From Paragordius varius (lineage: Eukaryota > Animalia > Nematomorpha): a stretch of DNA of 64,000 nt. Where the stretch lies: positions 4,712,001 to 4,776,000 of the forward strand of contig OZ176053.1 in the NCBI GenBank assembly GCA_964247055.1, given 5' to 3'. Shown here piece by piece: positions 40,401 through 52,001 of this stretch. The translations under genes were made by a program, and so were the position numbers. Position 1 is the first letter of the stretch, and each line of letters opens with the position of its first letter. The notes under the pieces are model-generated. The model had not been told where the DNA came from. It was given only the letters and a program-made list of their open reading frames with translations, and searched no databases.

Positions 40401-43400
40401 TTAGTTTTTATTTAAAGAAATTACAATCTTGAAAAGAATAGCGATTAATGAATAGTGTAGGATAAAAAAAGCAATTTACAGGTAATAAATATTTACAATA
40501 TGTCGTGATAATGATTTAATTAAAAGAAGTAGATTTATAATAAGATATGAAATTACCTAAAATGGTTGGATTGTTCATTTATTTACCCTAATCCAAACGG
40601 TGAAACAAACTTAACTTAATTTCTTACGTTTTCCATAATTTTTATAGAAATAGAAATGACCGTAAATGTTAGTCATAACGTCTCAATTTATCATATAAAA
40701 TATTTATATAGATAGTATCATGAAAATAGCATATGTGAATGGGAAGGCAAGAGTTTAATCATTCTCATAGTTTTATAATTAAGGGGCATCGGACAGACTT
40801 GGTTTATTTGAAAGAATGTTTAATATTATAATAAGTTGCTTTTTTTGAAAGAAAAGGCGACTCAGGGTTTCAGGCTGGACCTCGAAATGTACACCAAACC
40901 ACCAGGTTGAACATATAAGACATTTATTTTTGCACGTGCAAAATGTTTAATTTATTTGAACTTTTCCTATCCTTGTATCAAATTAATCAAGATTTGTCAA
41001 AAGTTAAAAATTAATATAATTTGCAAATCAAACATTACATTATTACACCAATATATTCGTCACGACAAATAACCCTAACCATGGTGGAATTATTTGATTC
41101 GGACACCCCGGCAATATATTAAAATTGAAATAAATATGATTCAAAAAATTATAATTCATTACTTGGTAAGAAGCAATGGTCCATTTCCTAGCTTCGTTGA
41201 AAATCCATTCATCGGGCCACGTTGGATTAACCAAATATATTTGATTAGCCAAATAATTATGCCATCGAAACCAGATAATCGAACTTGTAATCAGCAAAGG
41301 AGATTCATTGTTTCTTTCGTCACCAAATACTACGGTTATGAACACATATTATTTTAATTCGATTTGAATGCTTATATGATTTAATACAAATACTTTCAAG
41401 TTGTTAAAAAACATCAATCGGCATTAAATTTGGATTGGATTAGATGAAAATTATACTATATGAGCTTGTTAATTTTTTATTAGGCTCTAAAATAAACTTT
41501 TAAATTGGTTAAGTATGCTAAATCGTTATTTATTAATGATGGATATATAAATTTACCAAATAGCCGTTTAAACGAATTTTCATAGGGATTATTGGTTGAT
41601 GGCATATTTTTCATGGGCAAACCATCCAAGTTTAGGGATGGATAACTTTCATTACCCGCAAAAAGCCAATTGCGATCCGCTTGAAGCGTTTTAAGCTGTC
41701 CTTGCTTAAATGTCCGTAAAAAATTGCTCCAAACATTTGTTGAGCCATAAATGGAACTCCCGTCGAGAAACGAAGTGACATGATTCAACTAAATTTTCAA
41801 GAAGCATAAAGAATGAAAATAAATAGCGTACAACTTATGCAAAATAATTGATCAGATAAATTTTTCTATGTGATTTTAATCCTGCTAATTTCTTGCAAAT
41901 ATAATTTAGTAATACAGTAGACTAACGCCCTTAAAGAGACACCGTTCTTGATCCTTTTTAATAAAAAGTGCTCTAAACCAATTAGCTCATGCTGATCATG
42001 CACAATTCTGATTTTTAAATAAGGTCTTAATTTTTGGGTTAAATCATTAATAGAGCACATACTTCCACGAACTAACTGAATATTATGTAAGCCTCATGAG
42101 TCTTGAAATAATAAAAATATTATTTGGAATTATTTTTTAATCTTTTTTTAAATATCTTTATAATTTTATAAATTAGGTATTATTAAATAATAATTAGTTT
42201 TTAACCAAAAATGTCAATACAGTAACCACATTAATGATGGCCAATTTAATGAAATCGTAGCGTATGATATTAAACAAAGTTTCCCCAAAATTAAAATTTA
42301 GTGTGGTAGGATAGGAAATTCTGATTTCAACCATTTTTCACCTATATGCCCTGCATTTTCAATGAGCCAAAAATAATGTGAATTTACCAACTTTGATGTG
42401 CATATTGTATAAATATATCCTAAATAAGGTCATGATGTGTATGATGACTCATGTATTTTAATTGGGTCATTAAGGGTAAGGAGGTCCATACTAGGTCTTT
42501 TTGGCCTACTCGATCAAATATAAATACAGATAAAAAATTACGGGTGTTCTAACTGATTGAAATGTTTTCCCAGTATTTGGATCAAAATTGATGCGCTTAA
42601 AAATTCCGTAAAATTTATCCGAATATTTCCTCGGTCCAATTTTGTAAGCATTAAAATAATCCTCCGGCATTTCTACTTTGAACATTTCTCGTGGACAAGC
42701 TGGTTCGTCCGCGTGTAGAATTTCGTTTAAAATGTGCAGTCCTAAAAATATAATTACATCCATTTAATTTCTTCAGTATGTACAATTTTTTTGTAAGATG
42801 CTGGTTATTTAATGTGTTTCGCATAATAGTGTACCGGTGATAAAAAAATTTAAATTGGTTAGTATTTAAAATTTTAACAAAAGGAGAAATAATATTTTCG
42901 GACAATGCCTGAAAACACATACATTTTTTAGAGATAATTAAAGATAATCAGTAATATTTTTGTACGGTTTTTATTTTTACTCAAATTTATAAAGTATGCT
43001 TGAGATATTTGTTCATATTATAGTGTGTTACATCGAATCCTAACAACTAGAGCTGGATATTCCACATCTAATTTTAATTCTATCTAGTTAATACTTTTTT
43101 AGCAATATAATTTTTTAGAAATTTAATCTCTGGGACAAAAAAATACCCAAATGGTATTCTTCAAATAATTTATGCGTAAAAACATGTTAAGGGTGAATAT
43201 AAAATTTTAACCGGTGAAAATGATATTCAAGGGTAGAGTTGTTATTTTCTACCAAAGTGTATAAAATGTTCTTAAATATTTTTTAATACAAAATTTCAAA
43301 GCCATATTCCTATTTTAAATTATCTAATCTGCTTTTAATAAGCTTTTGATACTTAACATATAAAATAATAATACCCATCGCTACGAACCAAACCGATTTA

Positions 43401-46400
43401 TTATTTCGTGAAAGTTGGTAAGTGTCCGAAGTACTGCCAGCATATAATTTTAGACTCAGTTCATATGGATTATTAGGTTCATTTGATTGGATAATAAAAG
43501 GGATTTCATAAGGCAAATCATTTTCATCGTTAATACGTGCTAATGTAGTTCTAACCAAATGGGAATCTAAGCAATAACATTTATAAGGTTCATTGAATGG
43601 TTTTGATTTGCTATTTATACTTATTAAGCAAATAAAGCGCAATCGTATAACCATTCGTAAGTATGTGGTCTGGTCTAATCTTCTGCAAAGCATTCAATTT
43701 TTTATTCCATATTGAAGTCAGTTAAAGTTTAGCAAACGGACGGTCTGATGGTTAAAGTGATATTATTTCTTTATATAGCAGGTGTATTTATAAGTTATTA
43801 CCGGTTTACCTAAGAGAAGGCGTCAGAAAAAGTAGGCAGACGATTAATTTGATGCATACACCATTTGGTTCATTGACATTAAACGCTAAAAACACACAAG
43901 TTGAAATTAGCGACTTATTATTATGATTTATTAATCATGTCGAATTTTGTGCCTGAAGAGGAACATTTGAGGCAGCCATTAAAAGAAAAAAGCTGTTGAA
44001 AGTTATCTTTTACGGGAAGAAATATGGGGTAATACACTCGATTAACACATGTAAAGGAGGTTTCAAAATATTAAAAAATAGTGTATAAAAGGGTGGGGCG
44101 CTCTGATAAAACTGCGAAGACGCTAGAGTGCAATTGTTAATGATGACCCAACTCAAACATAACAAGTTGGCAAAAACAATCAATAGATGTCTACAAGCAA
44201 TGAGAAATATAAACACACTCGGTAAATAATTTGTATGAACGTCTAATCAAAAATCGCAAAGTGACTTGGGAAATCCTGCTTCGTCATGAAAAGATATCAT
44301 TTTTGTATCGAACTTGTAGGAGTAATGAGTAATGGCTATTATTTTGTAAATCCAAAGCGGTAAAATAGTGGCCTTCATAGCCAAGCCGTCCATCCACAAT
44401 ATGGCCAAACTTCCAAGAAAAACATACTCTGTGTCTTGTGGGACCATAGCGGCATTGTGTATTAAAAAATTTTGAAGTGAACTTGTTGATACACAACATT
44501 AGCGCTAAAACTTAATTAGAACCATCGTCATTCGAAAAACAACCGGAATGCGCCAGAAAACATGGGCAATGCCTGGTCCACAGAAAAACAGTGAAAGACA
44601 CCTCAAAATGACTTCGATAGGAATTTTTTCCACATTCGCTTACCTAGCGCCATCAGACTAATTCAAACTCGCATCAATGGGGCAAACCCGCGCAAAACAC
44701 CACTTTAATAAATTTATAAGTTTAATGGTTTGCCGCAACAATCAATCAGTTTTTTGCCCGGCATTCATATATTACCCGAGGGCGGAGTGAAATGTGTAGA
44801 AGCCGATACATTAAAAAAAATTAATTTTCTTTCAAAATTACATGTGGTTTTACCAAAAAAACCGATAAAATTTTTTAAATACACCTGGTATGTATTTATA
44901 AACATCCAAAAATTTATAGAATCCCATATATTTTATTCTTGTCCATAAACCAAAATATAAATGGATCAATGAAAGGATTACTCACAGAACCGCTATATAA
45001 TAATTATTTGTAAAATTTTGAAATTAAATCATTTATACTATCGTTTTAAAAAAATTATTGGTGGTAAAATAAAGGCAAAAAATATTTCATAAATCATACC
45101 TACACTTCCGTAATCAGGTGAAGCTAAATTATTATACCAACCATTGTATCCTGGACACTCAATCGATAGAGGATGGATTTTACTTTTTCCGATTATGCTT
45201 TCTATGTCTGTGAAAATAATTAATTTGTATATTATTAGCATATTTAATGATTTTATTTTATTGAAATTTTATTGACTTAAATTGATTAAAACAACCTTAA
45301 AAGTAATTACCTTTACGATATTAGTGTAATAATTGTTGTATCTAACATATTAATATTTCAAAGGAGAGGTAAAAAATACGTGGAAATAAACTATTACTCA
45401 AATTCTTGGAAAAAGTTAAGGATGATTATTTATTAATAAATTATCTTTACCTAAATGATACATTTATTTACTAAATAATTTCTGACAATAAGTTTTTTTC
45501 GTATGCATGTTTAGGAATTATTATTTTTTATTAAATATTAATTTTATATCGAATAATATCATTATTGTGATAAATCGATACCTTCTACACATATTTTGTC
45601 AATATCCTAAATTTTGAGGCTAAATCGTAAATAACACATCATTAAAACGGATATATTAACAGTGTTTACATTATTACGTCCTAACCATCCTTCATGGTAA
45701 AAAAACGATGAGTAATACAAGAATGACCTTCGCTTCGTTTACTTACTCACTTACTTCCTTTAAACATATATATACATTAGAGAGGATACTTTAGTTTTAA
45801 ATGTTCACTTTAAAAAATGGATTAATAAATGGTTGTTTTCAAAATGATTAAGAGGAAAGCAAACACTTGTAAATACTTAACTCGAATCAATATTAGTTAA
45901 CATCGTTGACTTTGTTACTTTGTATTTGCATAAATGTAACACGAAATGGCAAAAGTCGTAATAATAATAATAATAATAATTAAAAAATTAAAACCATACT
46001 AGCTAGCTAGCTAGACACATAATTTTTTTTGTCCGTTATTTAATGATGACCTTCTTATGAAACGTAAAAGATGTTCAATGTTAAAAAACAAGATAATTAC
46101 TGTGCACCACCAACCAATTATCAATTAATTGTTGTGGTCTTAAAGTAAATAATTTTCATAATTTTACCAATAACGGAAAATCTTTAAATCTATTAAACCC
46201 TAAAATAGTTTAAAATGGTTCAGAAAAAATTAAAATTGATTTTTTAACTCTTTTTTATCAAGGTTGTCTATGTTTATTGTCAACTAACTTAACGTTACTA
46301 AGTCAAAGCATTTATAAAACGCTTGAATAATACTGATACATAAAACATTATATAATCAATCAAATACAAAATATTTATTAATATTATGACTATGAAAGAA

Positions 46401-47540
46401 GCTTTGTTTAAAATCGCTATTTTTTCATGGATAATTTTGATAGCAATTAATTTTTCTCACGTAAACTTTCAATATATAAACAAAAATTTTGTTTAATACT
46501 ATATGTTTATTGTATTTCTGGGGTTAGATTTTTGAGTGTAGAATTATTTATATTAAGGATATATATACGTTTTCATTTCATTGTCAAATCAATAATAATG
46601 TTAACATAAAAAAGTATTAGAATGAGTTAACCCGACAATGCTTGCTTCTTATCTTATCTCTCTTACCCTTTTTTCGTTTTTAGGCATGTTGGCAAATAAT
46701 TTGATATATATATATATCATTGAAATTTTCATCAAATATACCTTGTTCGACTTTTCCATATTGGCTGATGTCTCAATATTAAAAGGAAACAGAAGTCTCT
46801 CTTGCAAATAATACCAAATTACTATGGGAAAAATTGTGCAAAATTTGAATAATTATTATAAAATGAAGAGTGCTTTAACCTCTTATTTATATAATTTATA
46901 TTATTATAAACATATAATTTAATGTGATTATATTATATCACTTTAAAAAAATCTAACTTATGTGTTAATATGGGGCCGATAAGAAATAAAATTATTGAAA
47001 AAACTAAATTTAATATCCAATTAGACCCAATTTTGGGTCACTAAAGAAAATAAAAAAATTAATAAAAAAAATTTCCCTGCCTGCGATTATGTCCATAAAC
47101 ATGATTAGTTAAAAAATTAAATTTTTACCTAATTCTGAATCGTTTTTGTATTGGGCGGCCGCCCGTTCTTCTATCTTCGATTGCGGATGAGTATTAAATT
47201 TTTTAAAAAACATATCTCCATTATTTTGATTATTGTATTGAAAAATTCTGACGTTTCCAAATTGAGACAAATGCGTAATATCTTCCCTTGATTTATCATC
47301 ATATAAATCAATGAATTTTTCAATAATAAGTGATTGGTTTATCTTTTCATCGTTTTGAGTCGTATTTAATGCTTGTAATTTTGGTCGATCGAAATTAAAT
47401 TTCTGAATTTCGGGTAAATGAAAGGACGTTTCAAATGATTTAGAATTTGAGCATACAATGATTTTAATTAAGGTAAAGAACAAAATCCAAAAGTACACGA
47501 ATAAATGGTCCATTTGTAGAGTAGTACCAAGAATAGGCAT
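13249..47540 (-). CDS. Duox: Dual oxidase (peroxidase-homology domain, TM, EF-hands, 6-TM ferric reductase, FAD/NADPH-binding domains), 31 exons, about 1868 aa
   Basis: Exons (minus strand): 47540-47129, 45207-45100, 43566-43375, 42741-42542, 41788-41557, 41329-41163, 40134-40065, 39620-39521, 39450-39302, 38876-38737, 38690-38619, 38260-38109, 38041-37929, 37806-37672, 37541-37437, 36914-36703, 36143-35955, 35651-35416, 35339-35149, 19480-19387, 19311-19136, 18560-18467, 17917-17304, 16100-15870, 15628-15379, 15017-14842, 14750-14521, 14195-14037, 13848-13693, 13610-13482, 13371-13249. Phases match at every junction (total 5607 nt). Motifs: [52 protein letters not shown]-hands [12 protein letters not shown] and [12 protein letters not shown], heme His pairs MHKY...LHVFGH and THNL...[41 protein letters not shown] stop. 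An alternative start ATG lies at 47513. Confidence 0.97.
16559..17200. mobile_element. Degenerate hAT (Charlie-like) non-autonomous element or composite in a Duox intron
   Basis: Inverted subterminal repeat aaatggcttcgcgggccgcatttt (about 16576-16599) vs aaaatgcggcccgcaaagccattt (17161-17184). An internal end ggccgcatgcggccc...catccctg sits near 16897. No intact TSD. Confidence 0.5.
18816..19005. mobile_element. Small (190 bp) MITE-like element
   Basis: Perfect 15-bp inverted repeat CACCCTTGAACAATT (18816-18830) / AATTGTTCAAGGGTG (18991-19005) around an AT-rich core. TSD unclear. Confidence 0.5.
19833..35096 (-). mobile_element. Non-autonomous Helitron-bounded tandem array, 15,264 bp, in Duox intron 19
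   Basis: On the minus strand it starts A|TCTATATATTTATAAAAATGG (TC at 35096-35095). It ends with the hairpin CTCGGGCTGCGTAGCAGCACGAG followed by ATTCACG-CTAG|T (CTAG at 19836-19833). This is the canonical Helitron signature: 5' TC, 3' hairpin + CTRR, A|T target, no TSD. No Rep/helicase ORF is present. Confidence 0.9.
20046..35096. repeat. Satellite-like array of 29 related monomers (types A about 480 bp, B 540 bp, C 575-577 bp) with higher-order structure
   Basis: The anchor AGCAGCTATC recurs at 20046, 20521, 21000, 21540, 22021, 22561, 23041, 23581, 24061, 24636, 25117, 25657, 26137, 26896, 27377, 27917, 28397, 28937, 29418, 29958, 30438, 31013, 31494, 32034, 32514, 33091, 33572, 34112 and 34592. 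Same-type copies are nearly identical. Confidence 0.97.
37370..37409. repeat. (AT)n microsatellite, about 20 units, just inside a Duox intron
   Basis: Read directly from the sequence. Confidence 0.95.
38877..39301 (-). other. Probable GC-AG intron of Duox (425 nt)
   Basis: Exon ...GAC ATG AAA G|GCATGG joins ttag|AA AGA TTT TAT (ERFYG) in phase 1. The nearby GT gives phase 0 and stops with the available acceptors. Confidence 0.7.
43778..44888 (+). mobile_element. Defective mariner transposon (Mos1/mauritiana-like), 1111 bp, antisense in Duox intron 2
   Basis: TA flanks at 43776-43777 and 44889-44890. TIRs are (G/C)CAGGTGTATTTA...CGGTTT. Transposase remnants: ATG at 43937 [12 protein letters not shown]; YFVNPKR; [12 protein letters not shown]; AY-LAPSD; [16 protein letters not shown]. 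These correspond to Mos1 MSSFVP, FFVNPKR, LCVWWDQSGVIY, AYSPDLAPSDY and GIHKLPERWEKCVASD. Many stops and indels. Confidence 0.92.
45959..45980. repeat. (TAA)n microsatellite, about 7 units, followed by (CTAG)4 near 46000
   Basis: Read directly from the sequence. Confidence 0.85.
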
Positions 47541-50500
47541 GAATCATACAAATTATATATCTATACACGAATATATAAGAAATTTGTATTTGTCAAAAAA
47601 CAACTATCTGTTAGTTTCAATTTTTAATTAATAACTAGAATTAAAAAAATAAAAAATTATATATAGATAGAATCCATTACTTTATATGTATATATATATA
47701 TATATAAACATATATGCGTAATAATATTATTCATAATGTGACAATATTACTAATAAGAAATACATATATTTTGTTCTTTTATAATAACTCATTATTGTAC
47801 AAAAAATTTATAATTATTAGAAAGCGTATATATATACTTTATCAATATCATTATTCATATCATATCACTATTTCCTCTTTCTAAAATCGCAAAAATCTAA
47901 ATTTTGGCAGGCAGTTCATTCGGACACTTTCCCATAATAAAATATATTTTTTTTATTTCAGAATTAATATACATAACAAAAAAATAGATTTGACAAAAAT
48001 TATAAAAATGTGCCATAAAATGTTGTTAAAATAGAACGAAATATAAAATATCTTTCAACATGAATATTTAGCTTGAAGCTTTTTTCGGAGATACTGATAG
48101 GGAGTGTGTCAAAACTTAAATAATGGAAAATATTTAATATTAGCACAATTATTATACGTTAAAAATATTTTATTATTTTTTTAAATAAATTACTCTTAAA
48201 TAAATATCAAATATTATTTAAATTTTTTTCATTGAAAATTTGTAGGAAAAAATTAAATTTTAAATTTATCTTTTAAATTATGTATATTTCATCCAAAATA
48301 AAGTGGTTCAACAAATGGTGTGCAATTACTACACTTTTAATTATTTTACAATATATTTTAATTAATAATTTGTTATAATTTAACAAGAAATTATTCAGTA
48401 AACTAGGAATATAAATATTTTAAGTAGTTGAAAAATTAAATTTAATTTTACTAATAATATTCCAACTTTTTTCCGATGCATTTTTTTATTTATTCTGGAT
48501 ATTACTTAAATCTAATTTGAAAAAAGCGACAATAGCTTGGTGTCAATTTTAAAACTAAACCAATCAATAATAGCAATTTTTATTTTAACGCATTTACCTA
48601 CTTGATGTAGTAAATGGGTAGAAATCAATAAAGTCAAATCAATTATCCCACATATTGCTTAAGAATAAATTATAAATAAATCTAAATAAACATATAATCA
48701 ATTATAAATTTTGGTTTAAGAAGTTTATTAACTCAGAAAAAATATATTAATATTTAACCGAATTAAAGACCCTTAGTAAACCTAAAAATTTGTTTGGGGG
48801 TTTCTAAATATATTTATTTATATGCATCTCTATGGATGGGGCATATATCAAGTTCGACATTTAGGAATGCTGTAAATAAAACCTACCCATCTATTGCGGT
48901 CGTTCGAATACTTCCAAGATTAAATTGGTTTTAAAATTTTCATTTTTTGTCATATAATACATATACAGAAGCCCGAATATAACCATAAAAATATATCCTA
49001 TAATTATTGTATCCTACGTTTAAATTGAATCTAAGCTAGTGTCAAAAAAATAGAAATCGTATTCAAAACGCTATGATAAAAATTAAATATTTTTGGAATT
49101 ATTAGAAACAGCTGTTTCGGTTCTGGAAATAGTTTTTGTCTATCAATGAAAGAATAATATGGTTATTCCAACAAACGGTTTTAATTCGATCCCCTGTATC
49201 CAAAAAGAAATATTTTTAAAAAATAATAAAAACGTAAAATTGAATAAAATTGCTCTTGATAAAATGCCATCATAAATTTTTTTTATAATCTGTGTTAGTA
49301 TAATGAACTAATTTATGTTATAATATATAAATAAAATTATGGCATATTAGAATATTTAAAAAGTATTATTTGGTGATCATCAGTATGCAATTTGTTTGCT
49401 CAGAGCATATTAATTTGGAATCAAATTCCTCATGTTAGATTAAAATTTTTATTAACTTGAATTTTATTTTAAATCTCCTTATTTACAGCGATGCATGATA
49501 GGGTGTATCAGCTTAAAAAGATCTAATTGACGCACAATTCAGGAACAATACAGAGCTGTTAAACATATCTCTTTGCAATTGGATTAGTGAATGTTGACTT
49601 TAAAAAAATTACTAGGAAAACATAAAATTCGAATTTTTATTTTATAAATGCGCTGGAAATACTAGGGCAATCTATATAAATTTAATTAAATCCTACCCGT
49701 TTGAAAATCGGGGAAAAATAGTCTTTAAAAATCGTGTCATTTTTCCGTAAAACGTGTTTCCAAATTCAACGATATTTTTTTTACCAATCCGAACATAGTC
49801 GTATTTTTTTGAATTAGTCACCGTATTTAAAAATGAATTTTTAATGTAAGTTTTCAGTTATAAGACTATGTAAAATCAATAGTGATTTAATGCAATAGCA
49901 GTATAAAGGCAAAAATTATAGCCAACTTAATTGAATTAGCCGCTGGGTCATACTTTTTCTAAAATGTGCAATGGTTTTAAATTAAGTTGGCTTTGAGGCA
50001 ATTTTTAAACCCAAATAAAATTCAAACGGGAATTTATGTATAAACAATAATTTTTGATAAAATACAAATAATATTAAATCTATTCAATTAAAATTGTATG
50101 AAAATAGAATCTCGCCAAATTATACTAAGATTTGATTTAGGTATTAAATGCAAATTTTGTTCAGAGTCTTTATTTGATGAGCCGATGGGGGGGTCCACCC
50201 TCTGTAAAATGCGTTAATTGGTTTGGAGAAGCATTTCGGACTATGAGTTTATATGGAATTAATAATGGTTTTAGGTGTTTCCCGCAAAGGCGAAACAATA
50301 ATAGTCACGGACTTTTAAAATCAAACTTACGGTCGGGTTACAACTTATCTTTAAATCTACTACTTTATAAAAACGTGTTGAAGTATATTTGGAACATCTA
50401 TGAGGCTTTATTTAAAGAAATTAATGGTTTTTCCCGTGTAAAGGCAAAAATTATAGTGTAAAACAATATAATGTTTTTAATCATGCTTCTATAGATCATA

Positions 50501-51134
50501 GCTAATTAACATTTTAAACTTTAAGTAGAACCCTCGGCGCTTTTAAAAGTGTCACTTTTTCAGGAAACGTGTGATACAGCTATGGTCTTACAGATTTCTT
50601 TCAGTACACCGATCCTAAAGGGGTGGGTATTTTAACATTTGCTTTAATGTCTAACTCCTTGTGATATAAAATCACGGTTTTGAAATATACATTGATTGTG
50701 AGTCGCAAATAAAAATATTTCGCATGCTGGCCGAGAATACGTAAAAGCCTGTGTCACAAAGTGTCCTGTAAAACCCTGTCACTACAAAATATTATATTAT
50801 CAAAAATTATAATGTTCCGATATGAATGGGGTCATTCAAATTTAGTAGTACTTTTATTATAAATGTGCAAGAGTATTCAAGCCACTTTTTCATTGCGATT
50901 TTTGTCCTGAATTCTTTATATTGAATTAAAACTAGAAATTTGTAGATCGCATTAAAATTGGACAAATGAATACTTAAATGATGGTAAAGCGAAAATCATA
51001 ATATTGTTATTTACAATCCGTATCCTACTGAACAGAAAATGTTTCTTATGCAAAATTACTGCTTAAAAATTTATTATAGTGTTTAATTTTATTACATTTA
51101 TTCTCCGAGATAAAAAAACTTAATGAATTATTAA

Positions 51135-51699
51135 CACTTGGATGCAACACACTCATTTTAGTCCTTCGATTCAAATTGGGGTAGTTGGATACCCCAGGCC
51201 TGTTTAAAATCAAATACTTTAAAAAGTATGGAAGCCAGCAAAACCATGACAAAATTTTGCACTTATATAACATTAATAAACCGAAATATATAAAAAATTT
51301 TATTCAAAAATACTTGATATTACTTATTTTGAGCTAAAACTGAAAATTAGTCATGTCACATGTTTCAAATTGTAAAATTAAAAAATTATACAAAATAAAC
51401 CGCTTTTTCTATTTCTATCAATGTTAGATGTAATTTATATAAAAAACAAGCTTGAGTTTTACCAAAATTAAATAAAGACGATATTTTGCAAAATTTTTAC
51501 AAAATAAAAATGGCGTCGAAGTAGTTTGAGATGGAACTTTTTTTTCAAAACAAAATTTTATCATGTAGGCATATTTATATAATATTTATCAGGTTAGAAG
51601 CATAAATTTGAATTGGGACCGTTTCCTTCAGTAGTTTTTTAAAAATTATAATTTAAATTTAGTCTGGGGTATTTAGATACCCCAATTTGAATCGAAGTG
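51135..51699 (+). mobile_element. piggyBac-type MITE, copy 2, about 300 bp upstream of the SARA start codon
   Basis: TTAA flanks at 51131-51134 and 51700-51703. Same termini and internal sequence as 5887-6464. Confidence 0.85.
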
Positions 51700-52001
51700 T
51701 TAAGGCAATAAATTAATATACATCCATTGATGAAAGATATAGATATTTTTTATAATAACATTACCGAATGCGGTTAAATATAATTATTTTAGCAAACGAT
51801 TTTAAATTTAAAGATATGCCCAAGTTTAAATAAAAAATATGAGGTAATAGAAATATTTACACAATTTATTAAAAAAGTTGCTTTGAGTTTTAAGAAAAAT
51901 CTTTAATTATAATCTAATTTTCTCTCTCAGAGTTATTAGTTGGTGTGTTTTTATGTGTTTATTATTGTTATAAAATATATGGTTTGATGCACTCTTTTTA
52001 A

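Noticed and set aside
49175-49200. TTCGATCCCC, a tRNA B-box-like word
   Set aside because: There is no A-box, cloverleaf or acceptor stem around it.
50174-50461. 95-aa ORF upstream of SARA
   Set aside because: It has no recognisable homology or splice context and lies in a probable old Tc1-like non-coding relic (about 49500-50580) whose ends are too degraded to call.
47541-52001. Expected DUOXA (maturation factor) gene head-to-head with Duox
   Set aside because: No DUOXA-like exons were found. The linkage is not universal in invertebrates, so its absence is unremarkable.
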